In this document: piece by piece, positions 40,401 to 51,413 of the stretch
Position numbering within the stretch: the first letter of the stretch is position 1
Layout of the letters: each line of letters begins with the position of its first letter
Assembly: GCF_964204645.1 (NCBI RefSeq)
Contig: NC_134028.1
Span: 5,828,001 to 5,892,000, forward strand
DNA length: 64,000 nucleotides
From: Tubulanus polymorphus
Lineage: Eukaryota; Animalia; Nemertea
Reading direction: 5' to 3'
Program-made: the position numbers and the translations under genes
Notes under the pieces: generated by a model
Databases searched by the model: none
What the model was told of the DNA's origin: nothing
What the model saw: only the letters and a program-made list of their open reading frames with translations

Positions 40401-41841
40401 AGTATTATGAGTTTTCAACGTGTGTCAGGTTTAACCGTGTTGGGCCTACAGTACTGTTGTGATCGCCAACCATTATCGCTGTGAATATTATAAATAGGCT
40501 AACAGTAGCTAGAGGGAAGGCCTAAGTGGCATATGTGGCTGTAGAAATGCGTTACTGATATATATATATATATTTTTATTGTGCAGTTTGGATATATTAT
40601 GATATAATTTCGTAACATAATTTGATGATGCATTACTAAGTTGATTACTACTGATACATGGAATAGAGGGGCTGGGGGTAACAATACCAATTTGGGGCGA
40701 ATTTGATCTAGATTCTGTTTAGGATACCTGCGCTTTATAAATGACATTATAATTATTGTTATTATTATTACTATTATCATTATTATAAGTTCATAGATAT
40801 ATACTGCAGTATTTGACAGATAATATGCCTGTTATACTGCTCCTCAGCCCAAGTTACTAACACAAACAATAGACAGACGATCATCATGATGATCTATCTA
40901 AAAAAATTAGTTGTGACTCCATTTTACGTGTTCAAGCTCAAATTCATGTGAAATATAAATTTTTCGTGAAAGATTAAACATACCCCAGCATAGCTCTTAT
41001 TGGTAAAAATGAAATGATCCTTTATAATTTACACAATTTACCGAAAAACTATGGGGCTAACATTAAAATGCATATGGTTTGAAATTGATATTTTCCAGCG
41101 AAAACGGCAGACATATCGCTGATTTCCCCAAATTTTAGTGATGAACTGCCATTAGTTGACATTCCCATGCAGACGAAGCAAACGGTAGGTTTTATAATAC
41201 AGCCCCGGAAAAATCCCAAGTTCTGTTATTTTGTGTTAAAGAATATTTTTGGACTACATTTTTCCATCACTAAATAGAATGTTCCCACCATCATGCAGGG
41301 ACTTAGTCTTCATTTATGAAATTCACGCATCTTAATTGAAATACTGAATAACATAATAACTTGCTAGTTCTCGGAAACTATAAATAGCTGCAATACGCAT
41401 GCGTTCGACATGCACATATAAAAATATGCTGCTACTGCACTCTGGGTTTTGAAGGGTTTATGGGAATTAGCTATGTATATATCATTAAGATTTAGATTTA
41501 TTGGATTATTTATTAGATTTATTATTCTCTTTTAGTTCGATGAAGGCGACGTCCTCCTTGTCGACTGGACAAGATTTGGAATCTATTTGGCAGCAGTTGA
41601 TTCCACAAAAAATCTCATTTCCTGCCAAAAGCATATATGCAAAAGACCGTCGCATAACTTCAGTGACGCCTTAGAAACAAGAGTCCTCAACAAAGAGGAC
41701 GTGCAAAGTATGAAGTCGGTCGACCTGAAGATGGTCATTTGCAAGGTGCCGAATGCCAGGCGAGAGGACGACGCAATAGTTGGTGTAGATTACATTTGGG
41801 TACACGCCATGGTTAAAAAATACACCTCCCAACATTCTTAA
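31489..41841 (+). CDS. Multi-exon ParB/Srx-like domain protein with coiled coil and possible C-terminal Tudor-like domain (true start uncertain)
   Basis: In-frame GT-AG exons, e.g. 33074-33100, 33265-33306, 33549-33767, 33845-34113, 35559-35857, 35935-35968, 36061-36102, many micro-exons, and last exon 41536-41841. Motif VRELNGDHVSYL...FEVIGGNHTLAAL...LAADHN. Confidence 0.75.
32061..32265. mobile_element. MITE GCCGCGATCACAC...GTGTGATCGCGGC nested in an older TIR element (~31895-32403)
   Basis: Perfect 13-bp TIR flanked by TA. Related ends occur at ~35505-35520 and ~38596. Confidence 0.7.
34417..34542. repeat. Palindrome of two Penelope-type hammerhead-like motifs
   Basis: ttattacaacga...tcgttgtaataa foldback. 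Each arm has CTGA(C/T)TA tggctgttagtcaaaagcc GAAACG, homologous to 26766-26807. Confidence 0.75.
34986..35123. mobile_element. PIF/Harbinger-type MITE (CTG target duplication) nested in a gaccggtctaa-repeat element (~34770-35177)
   Basis: ctg|gggccagttgcatagtcgtggctta...taagtcacgactgtgcaactgggcc|ctg. Confidence 0.8.
37331..37440. mobile_element. 110-bp PIF/Harbinger-type hairpin MITE (CAG target duplication), nested in a ggaagcgtcct-TIR element (~37225-37483)
   Basis: cag|ggcctggtgttatagactggtatt...tctataaagccggccc|cag. Confidence 0.8.
38070..38178. mobile_element. Second copy of the 110-bp hairpin MITE
   Basis: Shares ttatagactggtattaacttt...ggttaactcaattgaaa.tgaattgagttagc with 37331-37440. 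Confidence 0.8.
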
Positions 41842-41854
41842 TAATTATTTTTCT

Positions 41855-44375
41855 GTTTAGATTACTTAGCGCTTAATGATAATCATTTATTCGTTCTATT
41901 ATTTGATATATACGATCTATCGCTACTAGTTTATAGAAGCTTCATCGGGTCGCTTCTTTAGACTAGCAGAAAAAACTCGTACTTGCCAAATAGATAAAGA
42001 AAACCCTCAAAGTGCTGCCTGTCAATTCAATAGATATTGAGTTAAGACTTAATTTTGAAATATGTTTAAGCGATTTCTATAGAAAAACAAATCAATTTGC
42101 TTGTCTCGAATTTGACAGATAAATTTGAGTGAAAAAATGTTTTCCACTTTGTACTAAGTTCGATTTGCAGATTATCGAATTTCGACATTAACCGTTGCAT
42201 CTTAATATCCGACTTTAAGAGGACCTATCTCGCGATATTGTCCAAAGATTTGACGTCTCCGGGGTCCTGGGATTAAATCCTTGCCTCGGCCGGTGTAAGT
42301 TTCATAGTCTAGTATTCTAACTGGTGTGATAAGAAATTCTGGTCCACGGTGACATTCAGGTTTCTGTTTCGCTGATAGGAAGTTTATTGGGCGCCAGAGT
42401 CTTACATTAGGTGTACTGATAATCTTGTCTTTGATTTTTTAGATGAACAGTTATTTGTGTATTTAATTCCTAATCTGAACATTTCTTACTAGTACATTGA
42501 AACTCAGTCATTCGTTATCATATTCCGACAATGGGGCTGATTTGACATTTCATAGGATCACTGAAAACATACTATAATTAGAATTGCCTGTGCGAAAATT
42601 TCAACAAATAAGTTCCGTGATTGCCAGGAAAATGGGTTTAGTTTACTTAGCGCTTAATAATAAACATTATTCTTTCAATTAAGTGCTATACGATATTTTG
42701 AAATGATTAGAATGATATAAAGTCTACATATATTTATAGGGAAAATTAAGAAGAAGCAAGCCGTTTTAACCAGAATAAATTGACCGAAATTGATTAACCA
42801 AAAGAATTGATTTTAAACACGTAGTACTCTGTAGGTAGTCTACATTTATTTGATATATACGATCTATCGCTACTAGTTTATAGAAGCTTCATCGGGTCGC
42901 TTCTTTAGACTAGCAGAAAAAACTCGTACTTGCCAAATAGATAAAGAAAACCCTCAAAGTGCTGCCTGTCAATTCAATAGATATTGAGTTAAGACTTAAT
43001 TTTGAAATATGTTTAAGCGATTTCTATAGAAAAACAAATCAATTTGCTTGTCTCGAATTTGACAGATAAATTTGAGTGAAAAAATGTTTTCCACTTTGTA
43101 CTAAGTTCGATTTGCAGATTATCGAATTTCGACATTAACTGTTGCATCTTAATATCCGACTTTAAGAGGACCTATCTCGCGATATTGTCCAAAGATTTGA
43201 CGTCTCCGGGGTCCTGGGATTAAATCCTTGCCTCGGCCGGTGTAAGTTTCATAGTCTAGTATTCTAACTGGTGAGATAAGAAATTCTGGTCCACAGTGAC
43301 ATTCAGGTTTCTGTTTCGCTGATAGGAAGTTTATTGGGCGCCAGAGTCTTACATTAGGTGTACTGATAATCTTGTCTTTGATTTTTTAGATGAACAGTTA
43401 TTTGTGTATTTAATTCCTAATCTGAACATTTCTTACTAGTACATTGTAACTCAGTCATTCGTTATCATATTCCGACAATGGGGCTGATTTGACATTTCAT
43501 AGAATCACTGAAAACATACCATAATTAGAATTGTCTGTGCGAAAATTTCAACAAATAAGTTCCGTGATTGCCAGGAAAATAGGTTTAGATTAGTTAGCGC
43601 TTAATAATAAACATTATTCGTTCAATTAAGTGCTATACGATATTTTGAAATGATTAGAATGATATAAAGTCTACATATATTTATAGGTAAAATTAAGAAG
43701 AAGCAAGCCGTTTTAACCAGAATAAATTGACCGAAATTCATTAACCAAAAGAATTGACGTTAAACAGGTAGTACTCTGTAGGTAGTCTACATTTATTTGA
43801 TATATACGATCTATCGCTACTAGTTTATAGAAGCTTCATCGGGTCGCTTCTTTAGACTAGCAGAAAAATCTCGTACTTGCCAAATAGATAAAGAAAACCC
43901 TCAGAGTGCTGCCTGTTTTATGTCAATTCAATAGATATTGAGTTAAGACTTTTTGAAATATGTTTAAGCGATTTATAGAAAAACAAATGAATTTGCTTGT
44001 CTCGAATTTGACAGAGAAATTAGAGTGAAAAAATGTTTTCCTCTTTGTACTAAGTTCGATTTGCAGAATATCGAATTTCGACAATAACCGTTGCGTCTTA
44101 AAGTGACTTTAAGAGGACTTATCTCGCGATACTGCCCAAAGATCTTACATTAGGTGTACTGATAATCTTGTCTTAGATTTTTTCAGATGAACAGTTATTT
44201 GTGTATTTTAAATTCTTAATTTGAATTTTTCTTACTAGTACATTGTAACTCAAGTCATTTGTTATCATATTCCGACATGGGCTGATTTGAAATTTCATAG
44301 AATTTCTGAAAATATACTATAAATAGAATTGACTGTGCGGCAATTTCAACAAATTAATGCCGTGGTTGTTAGGAA
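41855..44375 (+). repeat. Tandem array of ~947-bp units (~2.7 copies), right arm of the putative long TIR
   Basis: tttgatatatacgatctatcgctactag recurs at ~41902, ~42849 and ~43796 (period 947). The first and third units carry internal deletions, and the third is more diverged. Confidence 0.95.
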
Positions 44376-45424
44376 AAAATGATATTGGTGGAAGCTTCAT
44401 CTAAATAAAGTAAATCTTCAGAGAACTACCAGTTTTACCTCCATTCAAGTAAAATAAGTAGAAACTTACTAGATTTTAGTTACGTACTTAATTCTCCCCT
44501 TAATAAGCTGCGTTCGAATTTGATGGATACACGGTGAATCCGCTATTTTCTATCGAACCATAATCATCCGCAAAAAATCATCATGTTTAATGCCTGCATC
44601 ATGTTTTATAACATTTATCATTTCTCTCATTCCGCCGTCATTAGTAGACGGCCTTCTTATAATTATTTTGTTGAATAATGTGAGACCCGTTTGTATAACT
44701 TGGATGAGTAAATTAAATTAACACAACATTTCAATAATTCCGTGTATAGGAAACTGAAAACATATTTTGTAACCACGATAAATTGCACAGTTGCAATGTT
44801 TTATGTATAGTTGAGTCAATTTCTATATTTTGTACACGTTAATTTGATCCCGTATGTACATGTCTTTTATTCTGTCCAGCATTATGCAGTTGTTATATAC
44901 TATTGTATCTGTTAATAAAGCCAATGAGAGTGAGAGTATTTTTCTAATCTATGCCATAATCATAATGCATTCAGATTATATATACGGTGACACTTTTCCA
45001 TGTATATGAACTTGTTGTTAATTTTGTATGATCTTTTTACACCTGGTGTGTACATATTTTATGAAATAAAGACTTATTACGATAACCACTTTCGTTGTAA
45101 ATATTCAGCGTTGTTAGATACAACGCGTGTTTAAAAGTCATGTGTTCATCAATAAATATTATGAATATCAAGAATTATGTAAGATTAATCGAACATTTGC
45201 GCTTATCAAATTGATAGAAATTTCTAATGGTCAATAAATACATTTTTGATACACGTTGAATACTCTCAAATTATCATTGATGTTTGAACATATGCGATTT
45301 CGCACATATTGCAGTGACATTCCTCATCTTATCGTCAAAACGGATTTCTTCAAGAGGCACTCTTTTCACCATCAAGATTGGGATTAACGCTTATTCGAGG
45401 AGCTTATCGATTCACCGCCAAAAT

Positions 45425-46856
45425 TACGATTTCACGCTTGGGTGCCCCTAGTTTTAGTGCCAAAACAACGATTTCACACTTTTTTGAGGGACGGCCCTCG
45501 TTTTAGTGCAATAACAGTGATTTCCCACTTTTTGGAGGGACGCCCCTTGTTTTAGTGCAATAACAGTCATTTCACACTTTTTTGGGGGACGCTCCTTGTT
45601 TTAGTGCCAAAACCGTGATTTCCCACTTTTTGGAGGGACGCCCCTCGTTTTAGGGCAATAACAGTCATTTCACACTTTTTTGAGGGACGCTCCTCGTTTT
45701 AGTGCCAAAACCGTGATTTCCCACTTTTTTGAGGGACGCCCCTCGTTTTAGTGCCAAAGCTGTAGTTTCCCACTTTTTGAGGGACGCTCCTCGTTTTAGT
45801 GCCAAAGCCGTAATTTCCCACTTTTTGAGGGACGTTCCTCGTTTTAGTGTTAAAACCGTGATTTCCCACTTTTTTGAGGGACGCTCCTCGTTTTAGTGCC
45901 AAAACCGTAATTTCCCACTTTTTGAGGGACGCTCCTCGTTTTAGTGTTAAAACCGCGATTTCCCACTTTTTTGAGGGACGCCCCTCGTTTTAGTGCCAAA
46001 ACCGTGATTTCCCACTTTTTTGAGGGACGATCCTCGTTTTAGTGCCAAAGCCGTAATTTCCCACTTTTTGAGGAACGATCCTCGTTTTAGTGTTAAAACC
46101 GCGATTTCCCACTTTTTTGAGGGACGCCCCTCGTTTTAGTGCCAAAACCGTGATTTCCCACTTTTTGAGGGACGTTCCTCGTTTTAGTGCCAAAACCTTG
46201 ATTTCCCACTTTTTTGAGGGACGCCCCTCGTTTTAGTGCCAAAGCTGTAGTTTCCCACTTTTTGAGGGACGCTCCTCGTTTTAGTGCCAAAGCCGTAATT
46301 TCCCACTTTTTGAGGGACGTTCCTCGTTTTAGTGTTAAAACCGTGATTTCCCACTTTTTTGAGGGACGCCCCTCGTTTTAGTGCCAAAACCGTGATTTCC
46401 CACTTTTTTGAGGGACGCCCCTCGTTTTAGTGCCAAAACCGTAATTTCCCACTTTTTGAGGAACGCTCCTCGTTTTAGTGTTAAAACCGCGATTTCCCAC
46501 TTTTTTGAGGGACGCCCCTCGTTTTAGTGCCAAAACCGTAATTTCCCACTTTTTGAGGGACGATCCTCGTTTTAGTGTTAAAACCGCGATTTCCCACTTT
46601 TTTGAGGGACGCCCCTCGTTTTAGTGCCAAAGCTGTAGTTTCCCACTTTTTGAGGGACGCTCCTCGTTTTAGTGCCAAAGCCGTAATTTCCCACTTTTTG
46701 AGGGACGGTCCTCGTTTTAGTGCCAAAACCGTGATTTCCCACTTTTTTGAGGGACGCCCCTCGTTTAAGTGCCAAAACAGCTTACACTTTTTTTATAGAG
46801 ACGCCCCTGTTTAAGTGCCAAAAAATTTGATTTTACACCTTTTTGAGGGACGCCTT
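45425..46856. repeat. 48/49-bp minisatellite, ~29 units (subterminal array)
   Basis: Consensus TTTTAGTGCCAAAACCGTGATTTCCCACTTTTT(T)GAGGGACGC(C/T)CCTCG, head-to-tail with no spacers and degenerate at both edges. Confidence 0.97.
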
Positions 46857-46962
46857 CGCTTCAAAACAGCCGCAAAGAAGATGATTTTTCACGAAAAAAA
46901 ATCATCAAAACAGAATCAAAAAATGTATCTTTTCGGATTTTACATTATTTTTTCGGACGAGG

Positions 46963-48227
46963 TTAAATCTAAATAGAATTTCTTAGATCAGTAAATCGTC
47001 ATTTATGTTCGTAATATGTGTGTATCTGTTACAATGCTTTCCGTACCTGTTTGATCTTGTATTTCTCCATCAAATGATGATACTTTTCTTCCATTACGGC
47101 TCTTTCTTTCTTGTAATTTTCCTCCTTCTTCATAGAATCGTCTTTAGTCTTCTGGATTTGTTCCCTGAGCGCTATAATCTGGAAAGAAAATATAGCAACT
47201 CAAAGATGGAAATACAAGGTTTCTCTAGATCAACGTTTCACCTATAACCACGTTGGCTGTTTTCCCAGCCAGCCAGCTAAACGACTACGAATCACATAAG
47301 TTGATTTTGAGTTATCTTCCCCCATATTATATTCATCCCAATATCATTACAACTGGAGGAAATGCCATCCGATTATAAACATGTTCATACCACTTTATTG
47401 TCGTTCTCATATTTCACAACTTTGCCTTTCAAGACGTTATTTTCATCGGCGAGTTTGGTTCTTTCTGCTTGGCATTTTACGAGGGCTGCATTCTTTTTGC
47501 TAATATCGGATTTCTGAGAGACGACAGTGTTTTTTGAATCAGTAATTACTACATCTTTCGCTTTGATTTTCTTATCGAAATCAAGACGTTCGGATTGGGT
47601 TTGACTTCTCAATTTATTATTTTCGGTTTTCAGCGCCAAGATCTGTTTTTCTTTTTGTACGAGTAGATTTTTGTTCTGGTTAATCGTTGCTAAGTGTTGT
47701 TGGTTAAGCTTCGTTAAATCGGCGATTCTCTGTTTCAGGTCCGTATTGAAAATCCCAGAGACTTGTTGCAATTGTAAAAGACAAATCAACAGGAGGACAA
47801 CTCGTCCAAATGCTCCGGAATCCCTAGAATATAAACGGCATACGATAAATTACGCTAAATGTGTAATATTATTTAGACAATTAAAGCGTCTGTGAAAATC
47901 ATTTGAAGAAATCTTAACTGTGAGATGCTGATCTTAAAGATCATTGTTTAGAATTCTTTTTGAATTGTCTCTGAAAGCTATGGCAAAATTCTTGATGGTA
48001 TTGAAGCCACAAAAACGCTGTCGGCAATTACACGTTATTTGTATATATTGATGAGCGTTATAGAATTTCAGAACTGAGCAATGGATGAGACAAAGTAGAC
48101 CTACTCGTATTGATACGTCCAGCTTGGTTTTGATATTATGACAATGATGTATTTATGACATCATTACACGTATTAATAAAGAATCGTAGAGGCATACGTC
48201 TTTTCTCTTAACTTACCGTTTAGCCAT
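46963..48227 (-). CDS. Secreted coiled-coil protein (host), possibly truncated at the transposon junction
   Basis: Exons 48227-48217, 47823-47391, 47178-47047 and 46968-46963 are in frame. Signal-like VVLLLICLLQLQQVSG, then a K/E/Q-rich heptad pattern. Confidence 0.75.
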
Positions 48228-48444
48228 TGTCAAATGTCTTAATAGTATTTACTAAAAGATATGCTATGCGCTAAAATTTCACTTTCTGTTGACTTTGGAC
48301 TATGTGCTTCTTCTCAGATAACTATACAAAAGGTAGGACCTATATCTGTTTTGTATGTCATTTATATGATATGATATCATTTCATCTATATATAGATTTC
48401 GTTGCTTGGGCTTTCCGAAATACCTGCCATCCGATTTATGGAGA

Positions 48445-50914
48445 ATGGACGGCGCAAAAATGATCTACTGTTATTTTCTAATATGTTTGATGACCCCGCA
48501 GATCTCGCCCAGTGGCGTGTTTGGTTTCGGGTCCAGTGCGCTGAACAAAGACCTCCAATTCGAAAAAGAAATCCGCGAACAATGCGAACGAGAAAGAGAA
48601 AGTTTATCGCAGAAACTGGACGATTGTAAGAAAACTGAAACCGAATTCAGTAAGTGTACGGACGAAAACATGATGATCCAGTCGGAAAAAGATGATCTTG
48701 CTCAGATGATCGGGCGATATAAAGAAGATATTTCTTCACATGAAAAACAGGTAATTCAAAATCATGAACAGGGCAAATTTACTTACACTATCTATAGATA
48801 ATAAACTCTATAGGCTTACGTGTATTTACAATGACAGCGAATTTCTAAAATAGAATGGATAGATGAATTCACTCAGATTTGTGTTGGACAACGGCACTTT
48901 GTAGAAACTAATAAACGATTGAGTCTTTGAACACAGCGTCCCTTATTTACGAGTAATAACCAGTAGTTATCTTTCTCGGGGAACAAAAAAAGCTGAAAGA
49001 GAAGAACCAGGAAGTGCTGAACTGCGGAAATGAAAGAATTGATTGCGAACTAAGAGCTCAGAATCACGAGAATGTCATCGAAGGTCTAGAAAATAAGGTG
49101 ACTAAGATGGTTTCATGAAGCAGTGCATACAATGGTCTTTAATTCGATCTTAACATGCATTTATCATGTCAATATGATTAGTAATAATCGGTTGTTTTAA
49201 AACCAGGGGCCACTATCCTCGAGTCCTTCTTTAACTGGTTTGTATATCATTTCTGAAAATTCGTATTGTTTCTTCAGTTATCGGAAAAGAATAGTAAGCT
49301 ATCAACTTTACAAGAACAACTCTCTCAACGCATCGAGTGTCCAGCATGTGAGACAAGCTGTAAACCGTGCAAACCATGCGAAACATCAAAATCTCAAGTG
49401 AGAATAACAACATACCAATATCGTATCATATTAATTTCCCATCGTATAGTATTACAGCAGTGGCCACAAAAATATTGGACATATAAACAATTGATTCGTT
49501 CATTCTTAATCGATTCGCATTTTTGTTAATTGAAGTTAAACTTTGATTGTTATACTTGACATTTAACAGAGTTGCGAGAAAGCGAATGAAAACTTAGTTG
49601 AGTTGAAATATTTTATTCAAGAACACGTGAAATCCAGCATAAATGACGTTTTACCTCACGAATCAGAAAGAATCATATCGGCATTGAAGTCCACCATACG
49701 CAACGAGGTAAATTGCATTTCAAAGTCCTTTCAAATCAGGTATAGCAAGATTTTTTATTTTTTTTATTAATCTCATCAAAGTTCTGCTTGCATTGAAAAT
49801 ACTGAAATTATTGCGATTGGTATCCATCTAGATTGTGTAATTTTGTGATCATTTCAACTGAGAAACTGTTCTTCTTCCAGAGATCACAGGGCCAACAACG
49901 CTATTTGGAAGAACCCTTTGAATTTATTTGTAAGTTTAGAGTTAATTTCGAAAGTTTTATACCTTATTTTCACAAATATTAGTTATTGCGCGTACATCTA
50001 TGTGTTTTACTAAAATTCAATAATATCCGTAAACAAGTGATCGGAATATGCGTTCGCAATGACCGATTGAAATATTTTATGCATGATATATATTTTCAGA
50101 TGATTCTATATACAGAATATGCTGTGTCGTAATAACATTGTGTACGATAGTGCTAACGTACATTTCATATTCGTGTGTAAAGATTTACCAGTCAAATCGC
50201 GGAGCTGCTTTTCAATACGAACACCGCGTTCAGAACTCTAGTAGAAATAATGATACAGATGACAATAAATGGGACGATGACGGCAAGTAATGCATGACCG
50301 CGCATGGGTTTTCCAGGATTTTTCAATGAGGGGTGAATTTCTCTTCACAATGGCCAAATCTAATATAGATTCTTTCACAAACTATCGTTTTTGCTTTTTG
50401 AATGAAAATAGGACTGCTAAATCCGTTAGATCTATATGTACGGAGTTCGTAGCAGACGGCTCTTCCCATGGGTACGCCTATGAACGGCTTCCAGGTTTAT
50501 GGTCTTCTTGTATGTGACAAAGAGAAGTCAAGTTTTCGAAGATTGTGCCAAGTTCAACCAATGTTGCATTTGCAGATCGGGGCCTCGTTTTCCATTTCAT
50601 GGATTTTGAATTCCAAAGTTACATGTATAGGTTTTAATAACTTTCGCATTTTCTTTTCAAGAACAGAGGGCAACACGAGCATCGAAGACACTGCATCCGA
50701 AATCATCAGTCAAAAAGGCGAAGAAAATTCGGCGATGAAATCAAATTCGACAGCCAAGACTGGAAGTAACGAGGACACGTGTGAGGATGTTGAGAATAGT
50801 GAAGAAATAATATCAACGACGGAACAAGAGGAGAAGAAAACCGTGGAAAATAAATCGGTGGAAGAAACTGCAGACACGACCACCGCGGAGCGACCACCGG
50901 CGACGCTTCAATAA
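48445..50914 (+). CDS. Secreted coiled-coil, Cys-containing protein with acidic/Thr-rich tail (host)
   Basis: ATG 48445 with hydrophobic MIYCYFLICLM. Approximate exons 48445-48750, ~48990-49097, 49279-49397 (CPACETSCKPCKPC), 49571-49707, 49882-49929, ~50100-50285, ~50412-50490 and 50662-50914. Confidence 0.7.
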
Positions 50915-51413
50915 TATGAGTATTCTAAGCATGACTTTAAATAAAAACCAATGTTTATTAACTTTCATCTTTTCAAAAAACGGATACAATTCGCGCTCAT
51001 TATGAAGCACACAACACGAGAATAGACACAATACTATATACCTAATATTAAAACTAGGTGATATCGAAAGAAACGAATATTTTCGAGCATATACACATTC
51101 TAGAATTATTCTTGGGCGTAATCATTCCGACTAGTGTCAAAATGACTTTTCCAAAATCTATTTAACAACTTTAATCGTGTTTAATATATTAGGGCTTATA
51201 GCTATAATACATTTTGTTTTACAAACGAAAATCCTCCTTTCTTGTAGAAAGGATGCGAAATATTCAATATTGTTGTACAGTCGTTCATAGGAATCTGACC
51301 GCAGTTAAGTTTGACTAGTCTCTTAGTTAGTTACTCGAAAGCTTTAACAGCAGGTTCAAGTCTTAGCCTACGACCGTAGTAATATATAGGTCCACTAGAG
51401 AAATTGCAGTTAT

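Larger units (their letters stand above)
1..46962. mobile_element. Putative giant DNA transposon (left end lies outside the window) carrying transposase, SET and ParB-like genes
   Basis: 1-706 is the reverse complement of 42542-43291 (position 1 also pairs with 42344). The transposase ends ~1.2 kb from the left repeat and the ParB-like gene ends 14 bp from the right repeat. A subterminal 49-bp array is followed by an abrupt switch to compact host genes at ~46963. Confidence 0.7.

Noticed and set aside
42255-42295. tRNA/SINE-like B-box (ggggtcctgggattaaatcc) within the 947-bp unit
   Set aside because: No convincing A-box or cloverleaf; the resemblance is too weak.
45425-46856. CRISPR-like array, and the overlapping MALKRG... 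ORFs
   Set aside because: Units are contiguous with no unique spacers, the context is eukaryotic, and the ORFs are artefacts of translating the repeat.
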